From Octopus sinensis (Eukaryota), in contig NC_042999.1 in NCBI RefSeq assembly GCF_006345805.1, forward strand, positions 165,416,001 through 165,480,000: 64,000 nt of DNA. The letters are read 5' to 3'. Shown one piece after another: positions 39,158 through 52,655 of the stretch (within the stretch, counting starts at the first letter, position 1; each line of letters opens with the position of its first letter). A program made the position numbers and the translations under genes. The notes beneath the pieces are model-generated. The model saw only the letters and a list, made by a program, of their open reading frames with translations. It had not been told where the DNA came from and searched no databases.

Positions 39158-39725
39158 GTAAATGTAACTCTATCACTAATAAACTTATTTCTATAATTAT
39201 TTCTGCAAATGATGATATTTTCCTTTTACCATGATCTTTCTGAAAAATTTCAATATATAATTTTCTTTTGAATGAAAAAAAAAGTTCTTAAACAAAATTA
39301 GAAGAAAAAAGCAAGATGACAGAACGAATCATCAAATTATTTCTTCATTTGTGAATTCATTATCTTATTCTTTATGGCAGTGAAGTGAAAAATATGTGTA
39401 CTGTAAAATATCTTGCACTACACATTTTTATTTTTTTATTATTTTTATAATTTTATTATATTTTAATTTTTTAATTTTATTATATTTCTATTTTTTATTA
39501 TTCTTTATAATTTTATTATAATATTTTTATTTTTTATTATTTTATTACTAAATACTGAAACATTGTTGTATATATTTCTTAGTGGTGGTGCAATCCAGAT
39601 TGTATGAGAATGAAGAAACGAGTTTTAGTAATTAAGTGACACCTCTATACCGCATTTCAATTAAGAGACATCTATGAAAACAATCATTTTCATTGAAGAT
39701 GATATGGATATGTGTGAAAAGTGGG

Positions 39726-39756
<31 letters not shown>

Positions 39757-41599
39757 GTTTAACGTCCGTTTTCCGCGCTAGCACGGGTTGGACGGTTTGA
39801 CCGGGGTCTGGGGAGCAGGGACTGCCCCAGGCTCCAGTCTGATCTGGCAGTGTTTCTGCAGCTGGATGCCCTTCCTAACACCAACCACTCCGCGAGTGTA
39901 GTGGGTGCTTTTTACGTGCCACCTGCACAGGTGCCAGAGGGGTCTGGCATCGGCCACGATCGGTTATTGCCTTTTTACGTTGCATTGCGGCAGGGGGGAG
40001 GGTTCCGGCAGAGAGGAGAGAGGGAGAGAGAGTGGGGGGTGCATGTAATATAGGGGAGCACCAGTGGGGAAGGTTTGGGGTAAAGAGAAACGATGACAGG
40101 TAGGGTTGGTGGCAGGTTCTAGACAGAATGAAAAGTAGGAACTAAAACGTAGGATATCACGAGTGGGGGAGGGGGCTGGAAGAAGATAGCCGGTTGAGGC
40201 AGTGACACATTTCAAAACAGGAGGAACATAAGATAACAGGTTAAGTGGGACGTTTGATGAGCTGCAGCGCTAGCTGCTTCTGTCCAGGGGGAGAGAGGCA
40301 GGGGTAAAATACATAGTGAGAAAGTATATTGAGGAGGAGGGGTAGGAGGAACAGACACACGTAGTGGTGGCGGTGTAGAGGGGATATCCGGTGAGGATGG
40401 TGTAAACAGTGTTCTCCGGTACGGGTGGTGGGGGTGGGAGGGCGGGTGAACCGCAAACGAATGGCGGGCTGCGAAGATTTTGATTGGGGACAGTAGACTT
40501 AAAACAATCGGGGTTTGAAGAAATGAACAGAGTAACGAACAAATTAACTTGGTACCGAGGGGTTAAACAAATTAAAGGGTTATATTTTAAGAACAAGCAG
40601 AATTAGTGAATATATTCGAACATTTAAGGGTTAGCGGCAAATGTATGTGTGTAGTACAAGAGTCGGAAGAAATTAAATGAGAATTCTTAGCTTGCTTGCT
40701 ATGATCATCGCTGTGTGGTCAAGAAAGGGTGAATGAAAGAGAAGCACACGAGGTGATTATTTATATAGGTTCACCGGAAGTGGGTTGGACGAACGAAATA
40801 TCTTCATACCGAGGCATTTTAAAAAAATTTAAGAATTTTGAGGAGGAAAGAACACGCAGGTTAGCGAATGGCGGGCTGCGAGATTTTGATTGGGGACAGT
40901 AGACTTCCTCTCATTTAAATTACGTTCTAGTAATATTCCAAAGTTTCTAGATGGTGTGTAATATTCACTACGATTTATATTCATTCTCGCTAGATGGTGT
41001 GTAATATTCCCTACGATTTATATTCATTCTCGCTGCTCCTTCATTTCAACCCCATATTTTAAGCGTTGGTCATAAACCAAATCCCGTTTCTCTATTATCT
41101 TATCGCCATTGTCAGCATGGCTTCCTGTCCTCTCGATTCCCTCTTTGCTTTCAAGGCCACCCTCAGGATTCCTTACAAAGTACTATCCCCGCTACCTCTC
41201 ATTTAAATTATGTTTTACCCACCCCCCACCCCACCCCAATCCCTAACTCCTTATAAACCAGTGTACGATTTTATTTCGTCCCATTTCTCGAGCTACTTGA
41301 TGACAACACGGATCTCAGAAATATGCCCAGATAAGCGTTCTTCACTTTTTAACCTGTTATTCATTCATATTTTTTAAGCGCTGATCGTAAACCTAATCCC
41401 GTTTCTCTACTATCTTTATCTATATCGCCATTGCCAACTCGGCTTCTTGTCTGTTCTGTTTTCAGGCCCCTTCGTGTTATTCCATTCCAAATGACTTCTT
41501 ACAAGTACTATCTCGCCCCCTCTCATTTAAATTACGTTCTACTAATATTTCCAAAGTTTCTAGATGGTGTGTAATATTCACTGCAGTATGCATGTTTAA

Positions 41600-41809
41600 C
41601 CTTTTAGCATTTAAACTGACCATTCCTGGCCCACATATTCTACCCATTTTATGATCAAACTGGCCAGATCTAGCCTCTCACACCTATCCTACAATATCAT
41701 TCTAAAAATAAACAATCATCAAAATTTTGAAGTGACAAGATAGTGCATTATTAATCCAAAACAATATGAATAAATAATCATTTAACAAAATGATCTGAAT
41801 GCTAAAGGG
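41600..41809. mobile_element. piggyBac-type MITE (about 210 bp)
   Basis: TTAA (41596-41599) then ccttttagcatt ... gaatgctaaaggg, followed by tcaa (degenerate TTAA). Confidence 0.7.
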
Positions 41810-42275
41810 TCAAAGCAAAAACATAGCAGCTATTACAATAATGAAAGCATAAAAGAAGAAAAAACGGAAACCCAAGCTAGATTGTAACACTGATCTAAAA
41901 TAGCAACAGGAGTCCATTAATATATGGGATACTGAACTGCTATTATGACCATATTCTCCAACACAGATGCGAAATTTAAAAAATGGTATATAATTTAAAG
42001 TTTTTAACTCGTAGATAAAGAATGACCTAGAGAGTTTTCTAGGAACTGTGTTGTTTGATTTAGTCTGCCTGACTGACCAGCAACTGCTGCTCTCAGTTCA
42101 TTGTTGAAAGTGAGCGATTAGTGATTAAAAGAGCATCTCGCTTTAAAATCTCTTGCTCTGATAATAAATAAATAAGCAAATGGCTGTAGGGTGTGAGTTG
42201 GATGAGATTTGTCTACTGTTTTTAACAGGTCGAATGACTGCATCATAGCCATATCTCGGTAGTATGTTCGTATAA

Positions 42276-42659
42276 TCTTTATATATAAAAGTGAGGTTGT
42301 GTGCTGTCTGTCTCCTATGATTTAGATTCCTAACTACTCCCACATTTTGCGGTGCAGTTTAACCAAAACCAGGTATCTTATAGTCGTGATTCATATCGAG
42401 CCCTTCTGGGTATTAGCATGAGTCTACGATTTAAAAAAAAATTTACCATCAATTTTTCCCATTTTTAATGCATTTTTGGCATATATAAGGGAAATAACTC
42501 TCTAAAAAATTATTATTAAATCTCAGAACGTAAAAAGCTACAGTAACACCCCCCTTTGTGGTTAGCCATATTGAGATGGCTATTATACTTTACATCTCTA
42601 AAAATGCTTATATAGTTATTTCCCTTACAAACCCGAGCAATGCCGGATGATACTGCTAG
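42276..42659 (+). mobile_element. Non-autonomous Helitron (copy 2 of the 26868 family)
   Basis: Same 5' TCTTTATATATAAAAGTGAGG start, internal homology, hairpin and CTAG^T end. Confidence 0.85.
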
Positions 42660-43909
42660 TTGTTTTATAATTTAATAATGCCATATCTACCACTCTGGCA
42701 AATTGGAGCAAGAAGAGTTACCTACCCTACTTGTTGACCCACTGCACGATACTAAATAAACGAAAAATCTTCCCACTCACAAATAAGATTCTTTATAACC
42801 TGAGTTGAGAAATTTTGGTAAGTTGTAGCAACAGTATGTAGAAATGGCTATTGTTTCTTTCCTGGGGTAACAATCCAATGGATATACGAAAATAAGAATA
42901 TTCTTTAGAATATGAACTTTACCAGAGAGATAAAACATTTTTTTAATATTTACATTGGTAGAATCGTTAGCATGTCAGGCAAAATGCTTAGTAGCATTTC
43001 GTCCGTCTTTATGTTCTGAGTTCAAATACCTCTGAGGTCGACTTTGCTTTCATCTTTTTGGGGGTCAAGAAAATAAGTACCAACTGGACACTGGGGTTGA
43101 TGTAATTGACTTGGCCCCTCCCTTGAAATTCCTGGCTTTGTTCCGAAATCTGAAATCAGTATTTACATTGGTACTAAGGTGGGCAACCTGGCAGAATCCT
43201 TAGCACACCAGGCAAAATGCTTAGCGGCATTTTGTCTGTCTTTATCTTCTGAGTTCAAATTCAACTGAGGTTGACTTTGCTTTTATCTATTCAGGGTTGA
43301 TAAAATAAGCACCAACTGAACACCAGTCGATTGCAACTGACTTAGCTCCTTCCATGAAATTGTGGTCTTGTGCCAAAATTTGAAGCCAGTAATTACCCTT
43401 TTTAAGGTAATAAACTGGCAGAATTGTTAACATGCTGAGCAAAATGCTTAGTGGCGTTTCGTCTGTCTTTACGTTTTGAGTTCAAATTCTTCTGAGGTCA
43501 GCTTTGCCTTTCATCCTTTCAGGGTCAATAAAAATAAGTACCACATGAGTACTAGAGGTCAATGTAATGACTTACCCATTGCCCCGAAATTGCTGGCCTT
43601 CTGCTAAAATTTGAAATCAATATTTAAATTAGCACTGTGTTTCCACTTTTATCAAGTATTATCTTATTTATATATCAGTAGCTTGGACAAAAGCATTGTT
43701 ACTGTTAAGGGGTAAATAATTCACAAAGATATACAATAAATAGTTTTACTAGAAACATTGACATGACATGTAAATGATAAATACATGTTCAATATAACAA
43801 ATACCAAAAGTCTTTTTCACTGCTGTAGGTTAAGCAACGCTTTGACTCTTCAAGTTGTAATGCTTCCTATCTTCATGACTATCTGCTACAAACTGCCCAA
43901 TCATATATC

Positions 43910-44009
43910 TTGCTACATGTACTCACTTGCTACATGTACTCACTTGCTACATGTACTCACTTGCTACATGTACTCACTTGCTACATGTACTCACTTGCTA
44001 CATGTACTC
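43910..44009. repeat. 17-bp minisatellite (TTGCTACATGTACTCAC) x5.9
   Basis: Five perfect units plus a 15-nt partial unit. Each contains the palindrome TACATGTA. Confidence 0.95.
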
Positions 44010-45399
44010 TATAACATTTTCATATCTCCCTGGAAGCATAAAAGCTTGATACTTTAGTTAGGCCAAGCATTTTCCTAAGGAATCCTTGATTACGGGTTTC
44101 ATCCTGTTCTTTCATCAACACTGGTAAGGTACTTTTCTACAATAAGTGTCATCATCATCATCATCATCATTGTCACCTTCACCACACCACACCATCAACA
44201 ACAACAAAAACAACATCATCATCATTGCCATTGCTATCATGAATTGTTGCATATTGCTCGAGTTTAGACTTGATTTTTATCTGCTTAAATGAGTTTAAGT
44301 TTCTTAAATGAGATTAGTGCTGTTTCCAGCTTGCGTCACAAAGTTATACAATCATCATCACCATCATCATCATTGCTTAATAGTTACTTTTCCAGACGTA
44401 ATTTGTTGAGGCAGATTTACAACAGCCTGATGCTCCTCTCATTGCCAAGCCTCCCGTTTCCTAGTAAGGTAATATTCCCTACGTCCTGACATGTTTTCAT
44501 GGAAGATTAGAAACGACACATTCCTTGCATGACTGTGACATACACTTACACAGCTATCATATGAAATCAAGGCAAAGAGACAGTAACACACAGATGTGCA
44601 TGCACACAAACATACATACAAACATGTATATATATTTATATATGATGGATACATAGGCACTGGTGTGACTGTGTGGTAAGAAGTTTGCTTCCTAACCACA
44701 TGGCTTTGTGTTCAGTACCATGACATGACACCTTGGGTTAGTGTCTTGTGAGTGGATTTGGCAGACAGAAACTGAAAGAAGCCTGTTGTGTGTGTGTATA
44801 TATACACACACACACATATATTTGTAGATATATATGTATATTTATATATAATGGGCTTCTTTCATTTTCTGTCAACCAAATCCATTCAAGGTTTTGGTCA
44901 GCTTAGGTCTATAGTAGCAGACACTTGCCCAAGGTGCCACACAGTGGAACTGAACCTGAGACCATATGATTGGGAAGCATACTTCTTGCCTCACAACCAC
45001 ACCTGCACCTGTATATATGATAGATATACAATAAATTGTTTTTGCAAGGGACATTTGTGTAACAAAGAAATGACAATACATAATTGAAAGCTCAATACAA
45101 CATTAACCAAAAGCTTCTCGATTATGGGGCACTTAAATTGTTTCAGATTAAGAAGCTAAGTCCATTAGGTTGTTGTACTTTCTGCCTTTTCTATTACCTA
45201 CAGCCACATATCTTGCTAAATAAGTGTATTGTAAGAGGTATTCCTTCATATTAACAGTTTTGTAATTCTGTATAACATCTTCACAATTACTTCAGTTTAG
45301 AGACAAATGTTTCTAATCTGAAAAACAAATAAATAAAATAATAATAATAATAATAATAATAAATCTTAACTGATTGGAAGTGTTATCATGTACATTGTT

Positions 45400-45876
45400 T
45401 TGTCTTGGTATAAAAGATGGGCTACAGCAAATATTCTGCTCAATACCACAGATTTGCTTGTCAGTTGTTTGACCTTAACCAGTTGAGCATGTCCCTTAGT
45501 GGCTGACGATATGTGAATCTCTGATCACGAGCAGAAGTAGTGGGGGAGCATCATAGCCATGTGTTGAGAGGGATTCTTTGGGGTTTGAATAATTCACCTC
45601 TGGAAACATGGGTGGTTCTTTCAACATCCTTAAACAACCCTTATTCAGGGACCTTTTGAGCTTGGTGGGTTACTCGACCAGAACAAAATTCTAACTGGGC
45701 CCCACCTGCAAGGTCATGTGCTGTTTATCTTGATATGAGATCACCATGTCGCGCACATATGGTTGTGATGCATGTGCCTTGTGTACCCTTATCAGACGGG
45801 TAGTCATGATGGGTATACTGGGCTTCGTATATTTTACCCCAGTGTCATTTTGATGGCATGCACTGCTCTCTCACTC

Positions 45877-45905
<29 letters not shown>
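45400..45905 (+). mobile_element. Interspersed retroelement-like repeat with (AAT)n tail; inverted copy at about 55670-56125
   Basis: About 470 bp of clear reverse-complement similarity between the two positions. Family unassigned. Confidence 0.75.
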
Positions 45906-45912
<7 letters not shown>

Positions 45913-46362
45913 CATCACCACCACTACCACAATCATCTACGGTGGCAGGCTAGCAGAGTCATTAGCATGTCAGGCGAAATTCTTAGCGGTATTTTGTCTG
46001 TCACTACGTCCTGAGTTCAAATTTTGCCGGGGTCGACTTTGCCTTTCGGGGTCGATAAATTAAGTATCAGTCAAGTACTGGTGCCGATGTGATCGATTGT
46101 CTTCCTCCCCACAAAAATCCAGGCTTTGTGCTTATAGTAGATAGGATTATTATTATTACCAACATCTAAATTTTGAGGGAAGTAACTCTGCTTCATAATT
46201 CCCAAATTACATAACTTAGACTGCAGGTACTTCATCTAAACTTATTGAAAGTCATCACAGTGAAACGATGTCGCATAATTTGCCTTTCAATAACTGCAGT
46301 TGTCTTTCTGTTTATCTGTTTCCATGTACATAGCAGTGTCTATGCATAACACACACACACAT

Positions 46363-46398
<36 letters not shown>

Positions 46399-46404
<6 letters not shown>

Positions 46405-46542
46405 TTTATTTAAAGCAGCAGAAAATTCAACAAAACCTGTTATTCTGAGTTTCCCGTTGCCGTTCATCGGACAATTTTTTGCAACGGGAAACTCAGAGTA
46501 ACAGATTTTGTTGAATTTTCTGCTGCTTTAAATAAAGCATAT
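46399..46542. repeat. Fold-back element, 62-bp arms, hammerhead-like motif on the minus strand
   Basis: Arms 46399-46460 / 46481-46542 match at 60/62, with a 20-nt spacer. Confidence 0.9.
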
Positions 46543-46928
46543 TACTCTACCACTGGTATTTGAGTACTCTTTTTTCCACCTTGTTTCACATTTATGTTTA
46601 CTCCGGTATATATATATATATATATATAACTTTAAGCCACTCAACTGTAAAACTAATGATAAACTTATACCAAGGAATATATATTCATAGAAAACTAGTT
46701 TCATGAAAAGAGCTGGTGCTTTTCATTGCAACAAGATCAAAATTAGTAAATGAGTGTGATTGATAATGATAGATAAGAGCAGGGAAAAAGTGTGTGTGTG
46801 TGTGTTGAGTGGACTGGAGCAATGTGAAATAAAAAAAAGTCTTGCTCAAGGACACATCGTACCACTGGGATTGAACTCATGTCTTTAAGATTATGAGCTG
46901 GTTACCCTAACCACCAAGCCACGTGCTT

Positions 46929-47032
<104 letters not shown>

Positions 47033-47050
47033 TTCATATATATATACATA

Positions 47051-47907
47051 CAGGTTGCGATGGGTAAATTGCCGCCATTTTATATTTCTAATTCCGCACA
47101 TGCAAATTGCTTGTTTTTTATTTTGTCAACTGCACAGTATAGTAGGGTCATTTGGGCCATCTGCAAGCAAAACAGCACCATGACACAATTCACTCTATCA
47201 GAAATTTGGAAACGACAACATGCTGCACTGCTTGGCATTTGCACTGGAACTCAAATACAAATATTTCAGAGTGTTTGGGTGTCGATCTGAGGACATGTAC
47301 TGAAAAGGATAAAAAAATCAAACATCCAGTCAACATCACGGTGTTTGGAGTGGTCACTAGTGATGGTGATTTTATGCCTCAGACTCAACACAGAGGCCTA
47401 CATCAAGTGCCTGGAGGAGGTAGTATTGCTCTGGGTCAAGAAAGTGGATACTGGAATAACCTATATCTGGCAACAGGACTCTGCACCATGCTTAATAAGC
47501 AGGAGAACCCACTCATGGCTACCAGTCATGGCTATTTCTGCTACCACATTACCCTTAAAATCTGGCTGCCTAACTCCCCAGACTGCAACACTCTTGATAA
47601 TTATGTGTGGGGCACAGTTGAGAGAGAGACCAACAAAGTTCCTTCTAACACCTAAGATGAAGTGAAGGCAAGGATTATGGCAGCATTCACCAACTTAAGC
47701 AAGGAGACCATCCAGAAGTGTTGCAGGAGATTCTGAAGTCTTCTGGAGGCCGTGGTTGAAGCCAATGGCGATTTTATTGAATAAACTTTACTCTTTAGTG
47801 TTTCAAGATATTTTGTTTATGTAATTTTGGTAAATATATCTGTTAAAATGAGATGTCAGTGTTATTTTCATTTTTGTGTAATTTAAATGACAGTTTATTC
47901 ACCACAA

Positions 47908-47910
<3 letters not shown>
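47051..47910 (+). mobile_element. Tc1/mariner DD37D (maT-type) defective copy 1
   Basis: TA-flanked, with degenerate TIRs (caggttgcgatgggtaaattg / cagtttattcaccacaactt). Frameshifted transposase HPVNITVFGVVTSDG...WQQDSAP...W.PNSPDCN.LDNYVWG. The reconstructed D-to-D spacing across the frameshift is about 37 residues. Confidence 0.85.
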
Positions 47911-47962
<52 letters not shown>

Positions 47963-47966
47963 AAAC

Positions 47967-47997
<31 letters not shown>

Positions 47998-48165
47998 ATA
48001 TATAATATATATATTTAGAAAAACATAAATCCAGAAGCACACTCTAAGAAGTAGAGCAGTCTGTTTTTTTCCTGATGAAGGCTGCTTTATTGTGTTACCC
48101 TTGGTTTCCCATCCATAAAGGTAACCTCATAAACTGGCCTTCACCTGGAATAAACACATAAATGC

Positions 48166-48208
<43 letters not shown>

Positions 48209-48209
<1 letters not shown>

Positions 48210-49485
48210 TCAATGTAGCAAAGACCAAAGTTCTAGTAAGCAGAAAGGCAAACTCACCACACACCCCTTCAGGTAGGTGGCCCTGCTCGATCTGTAGAAA
48301 AGGTGTAGGTAGAAACTCCATAAGATGTACCCAGTGTAAGCAACATCCAAGGAAAATTAACCGAGAAGATAGCTTTCGTGTGCGGCAGATGCACAGGGGC
48401 AATTGACACCATTGATACTCAGAAAACAGATTCCATTACACTCCTTGGGGAGGAACTAGAAGTAGTTGATAGTTTCTGCTACCTAGGTGACCAAGTTAGT
48501 AGTGGGGGTGGATGCTCAGAGAGCGTTACCACTAGAATAAGAATAGCTTGGACAAAGTTTAGGAAGCTTCTCCCCCTACTGGCAACAAAGGGTCTCTCGC
48601 TCAGAGTGAAAGGTAGGTTGTACGATGCATGTGTACGAACTGCCATGCTTCATGGCAGTGAAACATGGGCCGTGACTGCAGAGGACATGCATAGGCTTGA
48701 AAGAAATGAAGCTAGCATGATCCGCTGGATGTGTAATGTTAGTGTCCATGCACGACAGAGTGTGAGCGTCCTGGTTGGGCATAAGAAGCATTGGATGCAG
48801 CATGCAGGAGAGACGATTGCATTGGTACGGTCATGTACTAAGAATGGACGAGGAGAGATGTATGAAGTGCCGCTTCCAAACTGTTGAAGGAACCTGGGGT
48901 AGAGGTAGACCCAGGAAGACATGGGACGAGGTGGTCAAGCATGACCTTCGTACTTTGAGCCTCACTGTAGCTATGACGAAAGACCGAGACCTCTGGAGAT
49001 ATGCTGTGACTTCAAAGACCCGACAAATGAAGTGAGTTCATGGCTTGCAGGATGACCTGCTGTGCTTACCTTGGATTGTAGAGTGACCCGCTGTTCTTGA
49101 GGAGACCTGTTGAGTCAAGTTCGTCAACATCAAAAATTTGAATGGTAATTGTAGTTAAGACACCAGTGCTGGTGACACGTAAAAGCACCGTTCGAGCGTA
49201 GCAGTTACAAGCATCGCCTGACTGGCGTCCGTGTCGGTGACATGTAAAAGCACCAACCGATCATGGCCGTTTGCCACCCTGTGTGGGCTCCTGTGCCAGT
49301 GGCACATAAAAAACACCCACTACACTCACAGAGTGGTTGGCGTTAGGAAGGGCATCCAGCTGTAGAAACACTGCCAGATCAGACTGGAGCTTGGTACAGC
49401 TTCCATGGCTTACCAGACCCTGGTCGAACCGTCCAACCCATGCTAGCATGGAAAATGGATGTTAAATGATGATGATGATGATGAT
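48209..49485 (+). mobile_element. RTE-clade LINE 3' portion (end of RT, Cys-rich insert, C-terminus, 3'UTR, (GAT)n tail)
   Basis: ORFs 48378-48887 (LEVVDSFCYLGDQV...RIRIAWTKFRKLLPLL...LYDACVRTAMLHGSETW) and 48775-49035 (RRLHWYGHVLRM...GRGRPRKTW). Confidence 0.93.
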
Positions 49486-49507
49486 ATATATATATAGAGA
49501 GAGAGAG

Positions 49508-49859
49508 AGCAATAAGAAAATGGAGGGGATCAATAGTTGGTTCATCAACTTTAAGACATTATATTATGTCAACTTATTTATTTATTTACTAAAATGACAA
49601 TTACAAGAATATGTGTATATGTATATATAAAATATATAAAGATACTAGTAATTATTAAAATATATAACATACAGTCCTGTATGTTATATATTGTAATAAT
49701 TACTGGTATCTTTATATATTTTATATGTAAAGCAGAATATGTTATACATATGTATATTCTTGTAATTGTCATTTTAGTATATAAATAAATAAATTGACAT
49801 AGTATAATGTCTAAAAGTTTTTTGAACCACCTATTGATCTCCTCCATTTTCTTATTGCT
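49508..49859. repeat. Fold-back element, arms of about 167/183 bp with a 2-nt loop
   Basis: Centre ...tatataacatacag-tc-ctgtatgttatata...; outer ends agcaataagaaaatggag / ctccattttcttattgct. Arms are roughly 90% similar, with one indel. Confidence 0.9.
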
Positions 49860-50047
49860 ATATAAATTAATGGTAAAATAACTCTTTACCTTCACCCATT
49901 TAGTACACTAGGTAATGTAATTGCAATGCCATAAAAACACTTGTGTATTAATAATTGGGTATTCTACCGGCAGTATATTGGATAGATATTATCCCTTAGT
50001 TAGATTCACAACTTCTAACTTTCTTGGAATATATATAAATGTAATAA

Positions 50048-51294
50048 CAGGTTGCAATGGGTAAATCATCGCCATTTTGTATTTTTAATTTCGTGCATGC
50101 ACATTGTTTGTTTTTGATTTTGTCAACAACGCAGTATAGTAGGGTCAGTTGGGCACCATCTGTGAGAAAAGCAGCATGATGTTGCAATTCACTCTGCCAG
50201 AAATTTGGGAACGACATGCTGCACTGCTTGGCATTTGTGCCAGCAGCTCCAATACAAACATTTCAGAGTGTTTGGGTGTCAATCTGAGGAAAGTGCAGAG
50301 GATTCAGAAAGAGTTGGATGAGTCTAATGGTGATGGTACGGCAGCTCGAAACATTCTCATCATTCTGATAAGAAAAGAGCTACTGAATTTGCTGGTGAGA
50401 TCCAGGCCATGATTGACAATGATCCCCCCCAAGTCAATCAGGTCTATCATCGCCAGGGACATTGGAATGTCTGAGTTTCTTATCAGGCAGGTAGTACTTG
50501 AAGACATTTGGTATTCCTCATACAAGATGAGAAAGGGCCAATTTTTATCCCAAGCCATCAAGGACAAGAAGAAAGACTGCACTACGAAGCTTTTGAACAA
50601 ACTCATGCATGCCCTCCATGCTTTGGTTTTTCTCAGACAAGAAAAATTTCTGGCAGGATCAGATGGTGAACACACAGAACAACCATTGGCTTGCCGTGTC
50701 TCCAAAACATGTACTAAGAGTGTTAAAAATCAAACATCCAGTCAACATCATGGTGTTTGGAGTGATCACTAGTGATGGCAACATTATGCCTCTATTCATC
50801 TTGCCACACAGCCTCATACTCAACACATAGGCCTACATCAAGAGCCTGCAGGAGGTAGTGTTGCCCTGGGTCAAGAGAGTGGATGCTGGAAGACTATGTC
50901 TGGCAACAAGACTCTGCACCATGCCACACAAGCAGGAGAACCCAGTCATGGCTGTTAGACAATTTCTGTGGCCACCTAACTCCCCAGACTGCAACCCACT
51001 TGATAATTATGTGTGAGGCACAATTGAGCAAGAGATTAACAAAACTCCTAACACCAAAGATGAACTGAAGACAAGGATTATGGCAGCATTCACCAACTTA
51101 AACAAGGAGACCGTTCAGAAGAGCTGCAGGAGATTATGAAGTTGTCTGGAGGCCAATGACAATTTTATTGAATAACTCTACTCTTTAGTATCTCAAGATA
51201 CTTTTTTTCAATTTTGGTACATATATCTGTCAATATCTGTCAGTATTATTTTCATTTTTACATAATTTAGATGACATTTTATTCACCGCTCCCT
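50048..51294 (+). mobile_element. Tc1/mariner DD37D (maT-type) defective copy 2
   Basis: Same 5' end (caggttgcaatgggtaaa) and transposase remnants (HPVNIMVFGVITSDG; YVWQQDSAPCHTSRRTQSWL) as 47051-47910, but longer at the N-terminal end. Confidence 0.85.
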
Positions 51295-51645
51295 AAACAT
51301 GTATATATAAATATGCGCGGGCATAGCTGTGTGGTAAATAGCTTGCTTCCCAACCACATGGTTCCAGTTTCAGTCCTGCTGCATGGCACATTGGGCAAAC
51401 AGCTTCTCCTATAGCCTTGGGCTGAACAAAGCACTGTGAGTGGATTTGGTTGACGGAAACTGAAAGAAGTCCATCATATATACATGTGTATGTATATATA
51501 TATATATATTTTTATGTGTGTATGTTTTTTGTGTCTGTGTTTTCCCCCCACCGTTGCTTGACCCAAAGACCCAAGACATACACACTTAGATATTTACAAA
51601 TATATATGTGTATGTATACATACATACATACATACATACATACAT

Positions 51646-51682
<37 letters not shown>

Positions 51683-52003
51683 TACACACATACATACATA
51701 CATACATACATACATACATACAATCAGCTTTTTTTCACAGCTTCCATCTAGTTTGGTCAGCCTGAGAATATAGTAGAAGACTCTTGCCCAAGGTGCCATG
51801 CAGTGGGACTGAACCCAGAACCATGCGGTTGGGAAGCAAGCTTGTTACCACACAGCCATATATAAATATTTATGTATATATATATATATATATATACGTT
51901 TATATATTTGTTTTGCAAGATTTTTGATGTGAAATCGTGTGTTGAAACAGATATTGTTGTATTTAGGAATGGTCATTTTGCCAGTTTAGCCAATAAATAT
52001 ATA

Positions 52004-52047
<44 letters not shown>

Positions 52048-52655
52048 CATCATCATTCATTTAGTGTTTGCTTTCCATGCTGGTATGGGTTAGATACTTT
52101 GACTGAAACTGCTAGGCTGGAGAGCTGCACCAGATTCCAATCTGATTTGGCATGGTTTATACAAGTAGATGCCCTTCGTAATGCCAACCACTCCAAGAGT
52201 GTAATGGTTGCTTTTTACATGCCGCCAGCGTTGGTGCTATCCACATGACACCAGCAACAGCCACAACTATGATTTTACTTGTTTTGGTGAGTCTTCTCAA
52301 GCACGGCATATTGCCAAGGGTGCCTTTTACATGTCACTGGCATGGGAGCCTGTTATGTGACACCAGCATTGGCCATGACTATGGTTTCATTGGGCTTTAT
52401 TGGGACTTCTCACACACAGCATATTGCCAAAGGTCCTGGTAACTTGTCATTGCCTCCATGAGGCCCAGTATTCAAAGACCATGCCTCACCACTTCATCCA
52501 TGTCTTCATGGGTCTACCTCCTCTACATACAGACAGACACACACACATGTATACCATACTGCTTTCTTATTTTTATATTTTCGTATATTTTTATTCATTT
52601 CCTAACATTATACTTATTTATTGAATTTTGGTTATTATACGTTCTATAATTATAT

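Noticed and set aside
48072-48170. CTGATGAAGG followed by a possible long stem (TTTATT...AATAAA): fourth hammerhead?
   Set aside because: No GAAA, stem III or cleavage triplet follows, and the sequence is cut off by a (TA)n tract. At best a truncated remnant.
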